Of a stretch of 64,000 nt of DNA, positions 1-12,761 are shown one piece after another. Positions within the stretch are counted from its first letter, which is position 1, and each line of letters opens with the position of its first letter. The translations under genes were made by a program, and so were the position numbers. The stretch is from Lytechinus pictus. Taxonomy: Eukaryota. The DNA lies in contig NC_087251.1 of assembly GCF_037042905.1 (NCBI RefSeq), forward strand, positions 3,722,001 through 3,786,000. Reading direction: 5' to 3'. The notes beneath the pieces are model-generated. The model saw nothing but the letters and a program-made list of their open reading frames with translations. It was not told where the DNA came from and ran no database searches.

Positions 1-149
1 TGTCAAGCCCTTCACAACACCTTAATTCATATTTGTACATGTATAAGCCTAAAACACTGTCAGACAAAATGGCAAATTATTGCAGTACTGAGGCCTGTAT
101 CAATGTTGTTCAGTAAGAATAGTAGTCAATGCATACAATTTCTATTTAA

Positions 150-565
150 AGGGGAAGTTCTCCCTGATGAAAACTTTTGTTGTAAAAATAGAAGAAAAAA
201 ATACAAAAATATTGGTGAGGGTTTGAGGAAAATCTAATAAAGATTAAACAAGTTATTAGAATTTCAAGTTTTTGATTTGTGACGTCCTAAATGAACAGCT
301 GCCCAATATGTTATGTTTGTGTATTGATATACTGAAGGTAAAATAAAAACCATTCCAATTTTCTGAGAAAATGACATTTCATTGATTTTTACCTTACAAC
401 ATGTAAGAAAGCTACCGGCATACATATGAAGTCACAAATCAAATAATTAAAAATTCTAGTAATAACGGGTTCATCCTTTGATTTTCCTCAAACCTTCTCC
501 AATATTTTTTTTATTATTTTTTCTGCTATTTTTACAATAAACTTTTTGTCAGGTGAACTTCCCCT
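150..565. mobile_element. Non-autonomous DNA transposon (Kolobok-like MITE), TTAA TSD
   Basis: TTAA at 146-149 and 566-569; termini AGGGGAAGTTC..GAACTTCCCCT with about 90 bp imperfect TIRs. TTAA target plus AGG termini fits Kolobok (inference). Confidence 0.75.
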
Positions 566-620
566 TTAAACAAGAGGTGCTTCTTTATCTACCAGTATGT
601 CAAAAAAAGTGTTGCATTAA

Positions 621-1572
621 AGGGGTACTCAAGGCGGAAAATATCATTTGAACAGATTAGCGATCAGCGATTAGATGAAAATATCAGAATCAGACAAAAA
701 ATGACTGGTATAACATTCTTAATTTGTGCATTATTTTGGTGAACAGTTCTATGCATGTACATGTATTCATGAATATTCTTTATTGCAATGAGCAAGCTGA
801 TGATGTCATATCCCAACTTGTTTTTTTTTTGTTATGAAATCACATTTTGTCATCCAAGAATGAAAAAAAAATGAATTGACTACTGATTTTATGTCTAAGA
901 AAATCATTGTTGTGAACTTTTTTGTTACAAGGGGAACAAATCTTGGATTATAAAAATACAAATTATGAATTCATGTAACAAATAGTAACAACACAAGAAA
1001 GGAAAGTGAGGACATGACCTCATCATCCCACCTTCTGCATATATTCATGATGGATTGATGGCATGCATATAATTGTACTCACAAAATATTGCTTAACTTC
1101 AAAATTCAATGACTGAAAATAAAAAATGGGCAAGGAATTTTATAACAAAGTTATGACATTTTCATTTTTTATATTAATTATTCAGTAAAATAGTTCTTGG
1201 TATGTCTCCATGAATTAGCAATGAGCGAGCTCATATCCCCACTTATTATTTTGAATTAATTGAAATCATATTTATTCAATTTTTTCCTCGAAGTCTGAAA
1301 AAATTGGATTGACAACTAATTTAACTAATATGTGAGATAATCATGCATGCAAACAAAATAAAAATTAAACAATAATTATTTGATTTCACAAAAAGGAAAG
1401 TGGGGATATGACATCAGCATGTGAACCCATTGCATGTTCATTGCACCGTGCATAAAGGCCTTGCTAAACCTTACATTGCAAAATAACTTTTTTGTTTTGT
1501 TGAAATTTTCAGCATTTTGCTCAGTGGTTTTTGCTCAATTTTAATTAATATCATTTTCAGCCAGAGTAATTA
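621..1572. mobile_element. Degenerate TTAA-AGGGGTACTC MITE (Kolobok-like)
   Basis: Left end TTAA|AGGGGTACTC; decayed right end CAGCCAGAGTAATTAA; a similar element lies at about 55046-56242. Confidence 0.4.
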
Positions 1573-1696
1573 AGAGTTCTTTGCCTTATATGAATACCTT
1601 TCTTTAAAAAGGAATGGGTAGGAGTGAAATACTTATCAAATAAAAAGGGAACAAGAAAAAAAAAGTATTTAGCAATGCTATTCTTAATTTAGAATA

Positions 1697-3062
1697 AACA
1701 AGTGGAATGCCTCTGGCAGTCTCGTCTGCATTACACGATTCGATAGTGCTGACTTTGAAAACAGCTATTGTATAATTATTCACAAAAGAAAACATTCATA
1801 TGATAATAAAATTCTATGTCCATTGACCCAAAATGACCTTTGACTATGATCATGTGATCTAAGATGTGTGCAAAACAATCATTTATACTTGATTACTCTT
1901 ATGTCTGTTTCATGAACTAGATCCATAAACTTTCTAAGTTAGGATCATAAGATGCCAATTCAACAAACTATACCCCCAACATAAACATGTTCATTGACCC
2001 TAAATACATGTAACCTTTGACCTTGGTCATGTGATCTGAAACTCGCACAGGATGTTCAGTGATACTTCATTACTTTTATGCCTAAGTTTTATGAACTAGC
2101 TCCATAAAAATTTTAAGTTACGATGGAAATTCAACAAATACCCCTAACATGCCCAAAGTTCATTAAATGACCTTTGACCTTGGTCATGTGACCTGAAACT
2201 CAGGCAGAATGTTCAGTAATACTTGATTAACCTTATGGCCAAGTTTCATGAATCAGATCCATAAACTTTTAAAGTTATGATGGTAATTCAACAGATACCC
2301 CATTATGGCCAAAGTTCATTGACCTTTGACGCTGGTCATGTGACCTGAAATTCGCACAGGATGTTCAGTGATACTTGATAACTTGATTACTCTTTATGTC
2401 CAAGTTTTATGAACTAGACCAATATACTTTCAAAGTTATGATGGTAATTCAACAAATACCCCCAATTTGGCCAAAGTTCATTGACCCTAAATGACCTTTG
2501 ACCTTAATCATGTGACCTGAAACTTGCACAGGATGTTCAGTGATACTTGATTACTCTTATGTCTAAGTTTCATGAATCAGATCCATAAATATTCAAAGTT
2601 ATGATGGTAATTCAACAGATACCTCCAATTTGGCCAAAGTTCATTGACCCTAAACGACCTTTGACCTTGGTCATGTGACCTGAAACTCAAGCAGGATGTT
2701 CAGTAATACTTGATTAACCTTATGTCCAAGTTTCATGAACTAGGTCCATATATTTTCTTTCTAAGTTATGACATTTCAAGAACTTAACCCTAGGTTAAGA
2801 TTTTGATGTTGATTCCCCCAACATAGTCTAAGTTCATTGACCCTAAATGACCTTTGACCTTGGTCATTGACCTGAAACTCAGGCAGAATGTTCAGTAATA
2901 CTTGATTAACCTTATGGCCAAGTTTCATGAACTAGGTCCATATACTTTCTAAGTTATGCTGTCATTTCAAAAACTTAACCTTAGGTTAAGATTTGGTGTT
3001 GACGCCGCCGCCGTCGGAATAGCGGCGCCTATAATCTCACTCTGCTATGCAGGTGAGACAAA
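1697..3062 (-). mobile_element. Tsp/DINE-1-like (Helentron-associated, HINE) element with internal tandem repeats, copy 1
   Basis: Subterminal IR GTCTC(A/G)(C/T)CTGCAT..ATGCAGGTGAGAC, terminal stem-loop, GCC microsatellite, about 7 central 150-190-bp repeats (GACCTTTGACCTTGGTCATGTGACCTGAAACT), A/T-run flanks, no TSD. Same family as 35638, 44124 and 49230. Confidence 0.8.
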
Positions 3063-4577
3063 AAGTATGTTTTTTAATTTATTGCATTTATTGGTGTCTC
3101 TATTTTATCAAACAATCATTGGAATTGTGCATACAATGAATCAAGAATCTAGTTTTTAAAATACTGACAAGCCAACCGCGTAGCCAGGATTTCATTTTGG
3201 AGGGGGCGGTAAATGCACGCAAAGCGTGCCAACACTTACAGAGCGTGCGTAGCGCATTCCCTAGGGGGTGGGTGCAGGGCGAAGCTTTCGGTGTTTCATA
3301 AATTAAAATGAAAAGGAGCCGTCTCTCTAGTCTCTAGTACCTACATATTAGCCCCAATTCAGTTGACTATATTGTGATTTTGAACCTTGTTTTCGAAAGT
3401 GACTGTGAATGCACAAAAAGGGATAAAATGGAGGAAAATAATATTAACACCGCGCGAGGCGCGGAAGCTAAAGCGTTTTGTCAATTTTTTTGCAAAGAAA
3501 AGGGTCCCGAGAAAAGGGTATTCTCTAAGTTATATTGAATACTTCCCTCGGAAAGATCAGATTTGATTACAAACAATTTAGCGACAGTGCATATCTTAAC
3601 TTGCAAAACAGAGGAGAAGAAGGATATATGCTGGGAGGAAGATATTCCTCCCCGCGCAGAGCAAAGAAACTCTGAAATTTCAAAGGGCGGACGTTTCGTC
3701 AAATGCAGATATCTCTAATACCCCCATCGGCTCTAATTCAATTGTTTTTCCTCTAAGATTATTGAACTTCATTACAAGGAAAATAGTGCGCAAAAATTTG
3801 AAACTTCTGTGATTTATTGAAATTATATAAAACAGGATGATGACTTTGACTTATCCTGATGCGCATCATTTTGAATGATAACGAAATTTAAGTGTCATTC
3901 AAAATTTCAAACTGAGGGCGCAAAACAGGACAGGAGATGAATGTGCAGGGAAATTACATGAAGTTTAGTAGAATTTGATAAAATATATTGTACTTTTTTT
4001 TATTTAATACGACATGAATTTTATACCTTCCTCTTTTTAAATTAGGAACCTGTTTGCCCCCAAATTATGGTTGTTTAGTAATGAGCTGAAAAGCGGGAGA
4101 AGTTGCCTATATGGAGGTGACGGCAGAAATTGATATAAAGATTTTACCCGCCCGGAGACGACCCGACCAGAAGTTGCGCTATCAATTATTAAAAAAAAAC
4201 AAAGATAACTTCATATACTTCGGCCTATCCTTACTCTAATTTCATGCCCTAAATTTATATATTTGAACTTTAACTGGCAAGAAACACATATAGCTGAGGT
4301 GGAAAAACAGGGTTAGAGAAAGGGTGAGGGAAACAAAGGAGAACTGCAATATTGTCATTTAACCGCGCGCAGCGAGGAAGCAAAATTCATACATGTAGAT
4401 ATAAATTTAGAGCGTGAGTGAAGGAGTTTCTTTTTTGAGAAAAAAAAAGAATAAAAAGAAAAACCCACAAAGCTACCTTTCTTCCCTTTCCTTCCTTTGC
4501 TTTTCCTTTTCTCCTCTCTTTCCCCTTTTTTTTTCTTTTTGGGGACGTTTTTTTTGGGGGGCGACCGCCCGGTTCCA

Positions 4578-5041
4578 TGACAATTGCTCCGCCGACATCT
4601 GCTCCGCCGACAATTGCTACGCAAAATACGACAACTGCTCCGCCGACAATTGCTCCGGACAGTTGCTCCGCCGACAGTTGCTCCGTCGACACTTGCTCCG
4701 CCGATATGTGCTCCGTCGACACTTGCTCCGCCGATATTTGCTCCGCCGATATTTGCTCCGCCGACATCTGCTCCGCCGACATCTGCTCCGCCGAAAATTG
4801 CTCCGCCGACAATTGCTCCGCCGATAATTGCTCCGCCGACATCTGCTCCGATTATACGACAATTGCTCCGCCGATATTTGCTCCGCCGAAAATTGCTCCG
4901 ATTATACGACAATTGCTCCGCGACAATTGCTCCGCCGATATTTGCTCCGCCGACATCTGCTCCGATTATACGACAATAGCTCCGTCGATAATTGCTCCGC
5001 CGACATCTGCTCCGCCGTAAATTGCTCCGATAATGCGACAA
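4578..5041 (+). repeat. 15-bp tandem repeat array (left TIR of foldback element)
   Basis: About 30 units of (A/T)TGCTCCGCCGA(C/T)A(A/T) with occasional GATTATAC variants. Confidence 0.95.
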
Positions 5042-5096
5042 TTAATTTACAAAGTAAACTTAAACTATGCTTGCATGATATATTACATGTCATACA

Positions 5097-5260
5097 CAGG
5101 GGCCGCGGGACGGTTTTCAAAGTGAGGGCTGAGTCAAAAGTGGGGGGGGGGGGGGCTGTCCATGCTAAAAATCACAATCATATGGTCATTCTTACGTTTT
5201 TTGGTACACGGCTTTGGAAAATTGGGGGGGGGCTAAAGCCCCCCGGCTCCACGGCCCCTG
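5097..5260. mobile_element. CAGGGGCC MITE with 5-bp TSD ATACA (hAT5-like)
   Basis: TIR CAGGGGCCG(C/T)GG; ATACA at 5092-5096 and 5261-5265. Confidence 0.75.
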
Positions 5261-7439
5261 ATACATGCATATAGAAAGAAATAGAAAAAAAGGGGTAAGC
5301 ACAAAGGAGGGAGAGATATTCTTAATGCTTATTCATGGTGGGGGGGGGGGGGAGCATTTGTGTAAGTTTTATTACGTGCCTGGCGATTAAAATGAAGAAA
5401 AAAAAAACGCGTTTTCATGTAATTATTATAACCATATAGCTCCATGTTATAACAGTAGAAACAAATTAGACATACCCCATTCTTAGCGTCAAAGTCGATC
5501 AGACTGGCGAAATATGCTCCGAAGTGGAGACATTTGCTCCAGGTGAAATTCAACGGTATACCCCACCTTATTTTGTCGAAAACCTGTACTGTAGTCACGC
5601 AAAATGTTTACTGTCGGCAAATTTTGTGCCACACAAACATGACCAAGACATTCAGTAAGTAAAAATTAATATTCAAGAAAATACCAACTTGTGAAAGGCT
5701 ACATGTCATGTCACCTTCTCGACACACCCCTCCACTCTGGTTTCCATATCCTCTCGTACACACAGTGCTCTCAGTCTGGTCTCCACATCCACATCATGTC
5801 ATACACACCGTAGGTTTTAGATTATGATAATATTGTATATAATAGTGAGTTGCTTTTTTGTTTTATGTTGATCATGATTGTTTTCTTCACTGATAGAAAA
5901 AGGATAATTAATTTTTTTTTTTAATCCAAAAATAAAATCCATATGTTCTGTTTTATATAGTTATTAGTCAAGGTTACTTTAGTTCGCATTAGTTCTCATT
6001 GTTTATACGTTCTAATTCCTATGCATTATTCCGATTGATATTGTACTTTAAATTTGACTATGTATTGTTACTTTGATTATGTTGTGCTTTGTGAACGGAA
6101 AATGAATAAATCTTAATCTAAATCTAAATATGGTCCGCCAATAGTTGAATTATATTCATTATGATGTTATAATGTAAGTAACAATTTGTTGTTGATGGGG
6201 GATATAATTTTACAAGTAGTTTCAAAAAATAAAAAAAATCAATCAAACAAGATTTTCTTCTATAAATGATATACCTTCATGTGTATATGGCAGCCTATGT
6301 ATTTTCCAAAAATGAACTATATGAGAAGAAAACGTGTGTTCATGTACTTATTATCATTATCATTGTACCACCATTATCATCATCAGCATCTTCATCATCA
6401 TTATCATTGTCATCGTCGTTTTGCTTATGCGGAAATCAAACAAAAATGATTGTGAAAAGGGTTATGGAGGGAAAGAGAGGGAGAGAGAGAGAGAAAGAGG
6501 GGGAGTGAGTGAGAGCTTGAGGAAAAAAGGAGGTGTATGACTTATTATTTCTGAATATCGCGATTTCTGTTTATTCATGGGATTGAAATAGAAGGATAAA
6601 CTTAACAAGTTCTTGTCATTATCATTTTTTTATTTGATTTACTGATCAGAACATGAGATAAATGAAATCATGAAGACTGTACGTTCTCGACAGTTTTATT
6701 AACGTTTTCCAACCAAAACTACACTTTAATGACTGCAAACACCTTCATTTTCACACACTCGCAACTATGGACACAGTATACATGTAATTGAGAGTAGTGT
6801 CATTTTCAAAACCTTTCTTAGCTGCAAGGAATACTGAATCTCATTTCCACAATGTGCATCTGAATGCACAATGCCTGTGTTTTTAACATGTACCCAAATT
6901 ACCAAATTTAAAGAACACATGTTAAGATCTAATGAATCAGCTAAATAATCCACATTCTATCATGATCAGCAGGCATAACAGCCTATATACTCTTCAATAC
7001 TTCAATTACAGTTTGTCGAAAGAAATAACACAAAGAAAAAGAAATATATAGAATTGTAACTCTGGTAAATATATAAAAAATATTCAATTAACGCATCGTG
7101 CTCTCATTTCTTTTACGAGATATCTCCCCCCCCCCCCCCGAGATATGCTTCATGTTTACAATTTTAAAAAAGGCGTATAAATGTCCCCTTTCCATGTCAA
7201 TAACAGCTCGTGCTTTGTGCTCGCATTATAAATTCAGTGAGATGCGTATTGGGTTTCATGAATTTGTAACTATATTATTGCTGGTATATATATTATTGTC
7301 TTTTAAAAATAACATTATTTGTTTAGACGTAATGAGAGAGATACATACATATATGCATTTATTATAATATATTTATATTGTCGCTATTGCACAGAATAGA
7401 ACAAAAATACAACCGAAGTCTAGTTTAATAGTAACTCAC

Positions 7440-7590
7440 CAGTAGCGTAATGAGCCAACAACAAAAAATGGAGGGGGCGAGACAAGGATGACATTTATTT
7501 TCCTTTCCTTTATTCTTTTTTTTTCATTGGTAGGGAGAATGGGGGGATCCGTGACCCCTAGCACGCCCCTCCCCCATCTGTACGCCAGTG
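7440..7590. mobile_element. Short degenerate CAGTGGCGTA-family MITE
   Basis: CAGTAGCGTAATGAGCC..TGTACGCCAGTG termini, similar to 11620 and 24014. Confidence 0.45.
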
Positions 7591-8146
7591 ATGATCATAC
7601 TTTCGTTTGAAACAAATTGAAGGAAAAAAGTGCCAGGGTAGATAAGGCCGAAGACGTAAATAAAAATTATTGATAAAAATATTAATGATTATAATACTGA
7701 TAAATATACAATAAATCAAGCGGTCACCAATAAAAATACACAACGTGAAAGAACAAAACGAGAAAGAGCCCGCGCGAATGTATGGTGTATAATTTGCTGG
7801 AAAGCAGAAGAGATATTGTGTCCAACACCCCCCCCCCCAAATTCTCTCCCCGCTCAAGACCGGAGTGAAACCAATGATAATAATATAATATATTAAAACA
7901 AAAATCCAGATTCACAATTTCAATGGGGAGTGTGTCATTCCCCTTCTCCGTTACAATTTGTCAAGTGGCAGCGGCAGGGAGAACAATTTGTTTTGTTTTT
8001 TAAGCAGAAAGCTGCGATGATAGGGAAAGAAAAAAATAAATAAAACATTAACGAATAACAAGAACAAAACAACGACAAAACAATTTGTATCAGGATGAAT
8101 TTCTTATCATTTAACCTAGACCAACTTGGAGAAATAAGATGTTCAT

Positions 8147-8594
8147 GCAATTGTCGTATAATCGGAGCAGATGTCGGCGGAGCAAATATCGGCGGAGCAA
8201 TTGTCGCGGAGCAATTGTCGTATAATCGGAGCAATTTCGGAGCAAATATCGGCGGAGCAATTGTCGCGGAGCAATTGTCGTATAATCGGAGCAATTTTCG
8301 GCGGAGCAATTGTCGTATAATCGGAGCAGATGTCGGCGGAGCAATTATCGGCGGAGCAATTGTCGGCGGAGCAATTTTCGGCGGAGCAGATGTCGGCGGA
8401 GCACATGTCGGCGGAGCAAATATCGGCGGAGCAAATATCGGCGGAGCAAGTGTCGACGGAGCACATATCGGCGGAGCAAGTGTCGACGGAGCAACTGTCG
8501 GCGGAGCAATTGTCCGGAGCAATTGTCGGCGGAGCAATTGTCTTATTTTGCGTAGCAATTGTCGGCGGAGCAGATGTCGGCGGAGCAATTGTCG
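8147..8594 (-). repeat. 15-bp tandem repeat array (right TIR of foldback element)
   Basis: Reverse complement of the 4578-5041 array (GGAGCAATTGTCGGC units). Confidence 0.95.
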
Positions 8595-8969
8595 GGTCAC
8601 CGACCGCCCCCCCCCTGGCTACGCACCTGTGACAAGCTGAATTAAGGTTGTGAACTGTATTAGCGCCACCAACGACCTTCCTTTTATTTCCGTGGAAGAG
8701 ACATGCGTAGCCACTTTCCAGGCCGAGGTAAGCGATTTTGCTCTTTTTTGTGTGTCCTTTTTAAATAAAAAAATATGTTAAAAATTGAAAATTGAACGCT
8801 TTTCACCAGAAAAAGCCCTGGTGAGTAGCGGAATGGGTTTCGGCTAACATCATTCACGTTATGAAGCGATGTTAACGACAACTCTAAAATCCATTGCGTA
8901 AACATGTTGGTTGCGCGAGGTTAGTATAGCATAACCTCGCAATACGTGTGAGTGGGTCTAGGTATACAG

Positions 8970-10320
8970 CACTCACACGTATTGCGAGGTTAGTAAGTAC
9001 ACTAACCTCGCACCATGAACCGTGTTTGGCAGTGGATTTCTAACTAGTGGGTCGCGCGTGCTGCGATCCCACTTCTGGTGTCCACAACACACGACTTCTA
9101 TGGCTTGATTTTTCTGTGCGTGGCGGCATGTAATGAACCCTTGAGTGGGTATACAGTAACTATAGATCGGGATCGTTCACAGATCTCGGTCTATAGTTCT
9201 AAAATGAATATTCATAATTTGAGCTGCAATATTTCCGCGCATGCCCAAATTTGCATTTGCGATGTTTTGGAATCAGCAGTGAATTAATGCGTGTGAGGAA
9301 CCCGATACTGGCTCTAACAGGTAACAGGTTAATTTCTAAAAAAGCACCCACGGCTACATCTCTGCCGCCGACTACAGAATAATTGAAGGCACGGCACATT
9401 CAACAAATAACGTTACTTTATGAAAAATTAATACGAGGACTTACAGAATGAAGTCCGCCTACGAAACTTACCAAACGATGTGAAGTCAATTCCTCATAAT
9501 TTGATGAATATCCCTCAGTCAAAAAAATCAAAATGCGTCATTTAAGCGTTGATTTTTCTTCTCATTGACAAAATATGAAAGCCACCTTTCTAGCTCTCAA
9601 TTTTTTTGTCTAATGAGCAAAAGAGGGCGCTCGATTTATCTTCATATCAAAGACACTACAATTGAAAGACTAGACACAAAAATTATCTTACACGTAAATC
9701 GATGCAAAGCGTTACGTAAAATCGGCAAAGTGTTCAATCTTTTTACTGTAAAGACTTTGGTGGAACGTTAATTGACAAACGAACGGTAGCACTTGCGGGG
9801 CTTCGTTCAAGGTACATAGAATTTTCTATATTTTTTGTTTAATTTGTCATCGTTTTGAATATTTTCCAAAAAGTATTATCGTCAGCAAAAATAATAAAAA
9901 GTACATTTTAAAAGTTATATTGCATTTATTGGGGTCTCTATTTTATCAAACAATTATTGGAATTGCGCATACAATGAATCATGAATCTAGTTTTAAAAAT
10001 ACCACCAAGCTGAATTAAGGTTGTGAACTGTATTAGCGCCACCAACGACCTTCCTTTTATATCCGTGGAAGAGACGTGCGAAGCCACTTTCCAGGTGGAA
10101 GTAAGCGATTTTGCTCTTTTTTGTGTCCTTTTTAAATTAAAAAAAATTGAAAATGGAAGCTTTCTACACGAAAAAGCCCTGGTGAGTAGCGGAATGGGTT
10201 TCGGCTAACATCATTCACGTTATGAAGCGATGTTAACGACAACTCTAAAATCCACTACAAAAACACGTTGGTTGTGCGAGGTTCGTATAGCATATACTAA
10301 CCTCGCAATTAGTGTGAGTG
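8970..10320. mobile_element. 1.35-kb element with CACTCACAC..GTGTGAGTG TIRs and subterminal GCGAGGTT/AACCTCGC palindromes
   Basis: TIR CACTCACACGTATTGCGAGGTTAGT vs ACTAACCTCGCAATTAGTGTGAGTG. Its 3' part (9898-10320) is duplicated upstream at 3062-3172 plus 8638-8954. No clear TSD. Confidence 0.6.
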
Positions 10321-11619
10321 TAAAAAAGTAAAATCACAAATTTTGAGACTAACCGGAGGATTATGGAGACTAGTGGCATGACTGGAGTGAAATTAGAAAA
10401 GCAGGAAGATTAGATCTTTTTAAAATCGTGTTGGTGCTAGACCAAAAGCTTCGGTCTCTGTTATGTTGGTTGTTCAGCTGAACTCCGTTGGCTTCACTCA
10501 CCAAATACAGAGACCGAAGTTCTAGCGCGATCTGTACAGGGGACTCAATGGCCATATGTTTATGTACTTAAGATCGGATAAAACGGGGAAGTGAATTTGC
10601 GCGACAGCCGAGGTAATTGTAAGTCACTGTTTTTGTTCCTTTTAACTTGATTTTTCTCCGTTTTTTGGCAATTGATGCCAAGAGGGAATATCAATTTGCA
10701 TTTTGGTCGCGTGAATTTTCAAAATTTTTACTCATTAAAGACAAAAATTGAAGAGCCCCGACGGGGGGATTTTGCATTGCAAGTCCCCTAATGGTGGCTG
10801 CACGCTAGCGAGCCGTCTGTGTATGAGGAGAAATTAAAAAAAAAAAAAAATGTTAAAAAACTCCTCGAAACAGACGGCTGCCAGCTGTCTATGTTGGTGC
10901 ATGAGATTTATATTTCCACCCCCCCCCCCATCATGCCCATAAGACCATAATTCCACCTTTGGCTTTGTCACTCGGATTCGGAGTATTACCTCAACAAGTG
11001 ATGTTCGTGCAGGCTCCACTCCACTTCACTAGTACCGCTACAGTAGGCTACACTAACCGTACTCCGTAGTGTAGCGGTAGTGAAGTAGAGTGGAGGCGCT
11101 AACCCAGGGAGCTCCGGCCCGAGTCTCGCGGGACGGATCTCCCTGACCCTGTCCATGGTTAGACTAGAGTGGAGCCTGCACGAATACCGTATCACTTGAG
11201 CCGTGAGGTATAGTTCACGATAGATTTTGTCTACGTCTGTACTTACTACGACTAGATATCCAGTTAAATGTTGATTCTATAGACCGATGGAATTTTTCGT
11301 AATGAACACAGACACATTATGTAAATCCAAATTAGGTTAGGCCTATCCAGGAAAGACGTTCCTCGCACTCGCACTCGTGATGATGATAATGACAAAATGT
11401 TGTAAACAATGAGACTGAAAATTTCGGCAGAAAATGAGTGTACCGTATCGATACGTACGGTAGCGTTAATGCTTCACAATGATAAAAGAAAGTCGTATAA
11501 TTTATCCGACGTGGCATACTAGTATATGCGCCATCCACTCAAATTGTAAAAGGAAACAACTATTTTTTTTGTTTCAAAATTGATTTTTTAAATTGATTTG
11601 GGATATTTTATGTATGCTC

Positions 11620-12761
11620 CAGTGGCGTAACGATGGGAGGGGGCTGGCTTTTAAAAAAAGAGAGAAAAAGAAAGGAAAGAGCAATTGGGTGAAATATAAT
11701 ATTATTTTCTGAATTGTTAAAAAAAAAAGATATTTGTGAATTTTTGCTGGCTCGCTTCACTCACTCATAACTTTTCAGGGGCCGCGGAAACGGGGAGGCT
11801 GCGGGGGCTTCAGCCCCCTCACTTTGTTTTTTTCAAAACCGTGTATACAAACATAAATATGTCTGATTATTTTTTTTTGTACATAATGGTTAGTCGCGTG
11901 CATTTGAGTGTCCGAAAGTCCACACACACAGCTACAACACAGGGAACAATGGTTTTCGTGAACGTAATATTGCAGAAATCCGGGTATATCTTTATAACTA
12001 TTAATAATCTCACACCAGATTGATAATAGTGTGAAAATGTTATCTTATTCCTTTAATTTGATGTAAATATTATTACAATTAATTCACTATTTACGTCTTG
12101 CTGTTCATTTGAAATTGTCCATGTTTACAACTCTTGCTATGGCAAACGGTCTGAAATCACCCATATATTCAAGACCCTGGCATCTTTGTTTTCCCACTGG
12201 AATATCCCTTAGGGTCAAAGAGGTCGAGATTGATTGTCATCTCAATGCTAAATAGATTACCTATGGTTTGATGTATAATACTTCATGACTGATATAATGG
12301 TTACATCTCATTTTTCTCCCAAACTTTGAGATCGAGCAGGCAAAACATGGCATATTTCTGTGTACAACGTCACGTGACTAACGTATGATAGTTTGTTCCT
12401 AGACCCTTTTTATTTGAAACAATTAATACAGTCCAAACAACGCATTTAATGTTGAAAGTAACAATGTTCTTGACTACAAAGATTTGCCTACTGATATTTA
12501 TAATATAGCTACAGTTTGAGGAAGCAAATATTGAGTCCGGAATTGATTTTGATTTGAAATAGGGTCTGCGTAAGTATACTATATACTAGCAGGCGAACAT
12601 CGTCTGCTACGTAAACCAAATGAGCGAACATGACCGAAAATTATGGGTCAGCCCCCCTCCCCCCACGTTCAAAACTGTTCCGCGGCCCCTGCTTTTTAAT
12701 GAATTTTGCCTGATACACCATCATCTATCCCCGTCCAAATTTTTGCCTCGTTACGCCACTG
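11620..12761. mobile_element. hAT-like MITE (CAGTGGCGTAACGA TIR) with nested hAT5-like element
   Basis: TIR CAGTGGCGTAACGA / TCGTTACGCCACTG; degenerate 8-bp TSD GTATGCTC/GTAAGCTA. Confidence 0.7.
11776..12691. mobile_element. CAGGGGCCGCGG element with 5-bp TSD CTTTT (long version)
   Basis: Perfect TIR CAGGGGCCGCGGAA; CTTTT at 11771-11775 and 12692-12696; about 750 bp longer than the 5097 and 14588 copies. Confidence 0.75.

Larger units (their letters stand above)
4571..8601. mobile_element. TU-like foldback transposon with long TIRs made of 15-bp tandem repeats, 8-bp TSD GACCGCCC
   Basis: Arrays of TGCTCCGCCGACAAT variants at 4578-5041 and inverted at 8147-8594, with the same order of variants from the outer end; GACCGCCC at 4563-4570 and 8602-8609. 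Confidence 0.85.
3173..8629. mobile_element. hAT-like non-autonomous element, 8-bp TSD TGACAAGC (hosts the TU-like element)
   Basis: TGACAAGC at 3165-3172 and 8630-8637; termini CAACCGCGTAGCCAGG / CCTGGCTACGCACCTG. The empty site is seen in the paralogous sequence at about 10001-10020. Confidence 0.8.

Noticed and set aside
4355..5274. Overlapping repetitive ORFs (SAEQ, CSADI, RRS, APP pentapeptides), also at 7935-8640
   Set aside because: They are translations of a stop-free 15-bp repeat, open in most frames; they are TIRs, not genes.
5470..5654. Possible captured exon inside the TU-like element (AG..GTAAGT, open frame TYPILSVKVDQ..)
   Set aside because: Weak acceptor, no recognisable homology, and it contains degenerate GCTCC repeat units; needs a BLAST search to support.
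4578..8594. CRISPR-like array
   Set aside because: Units abut with no unique spacers, the context is eukaryotic, and there are no cas genes.
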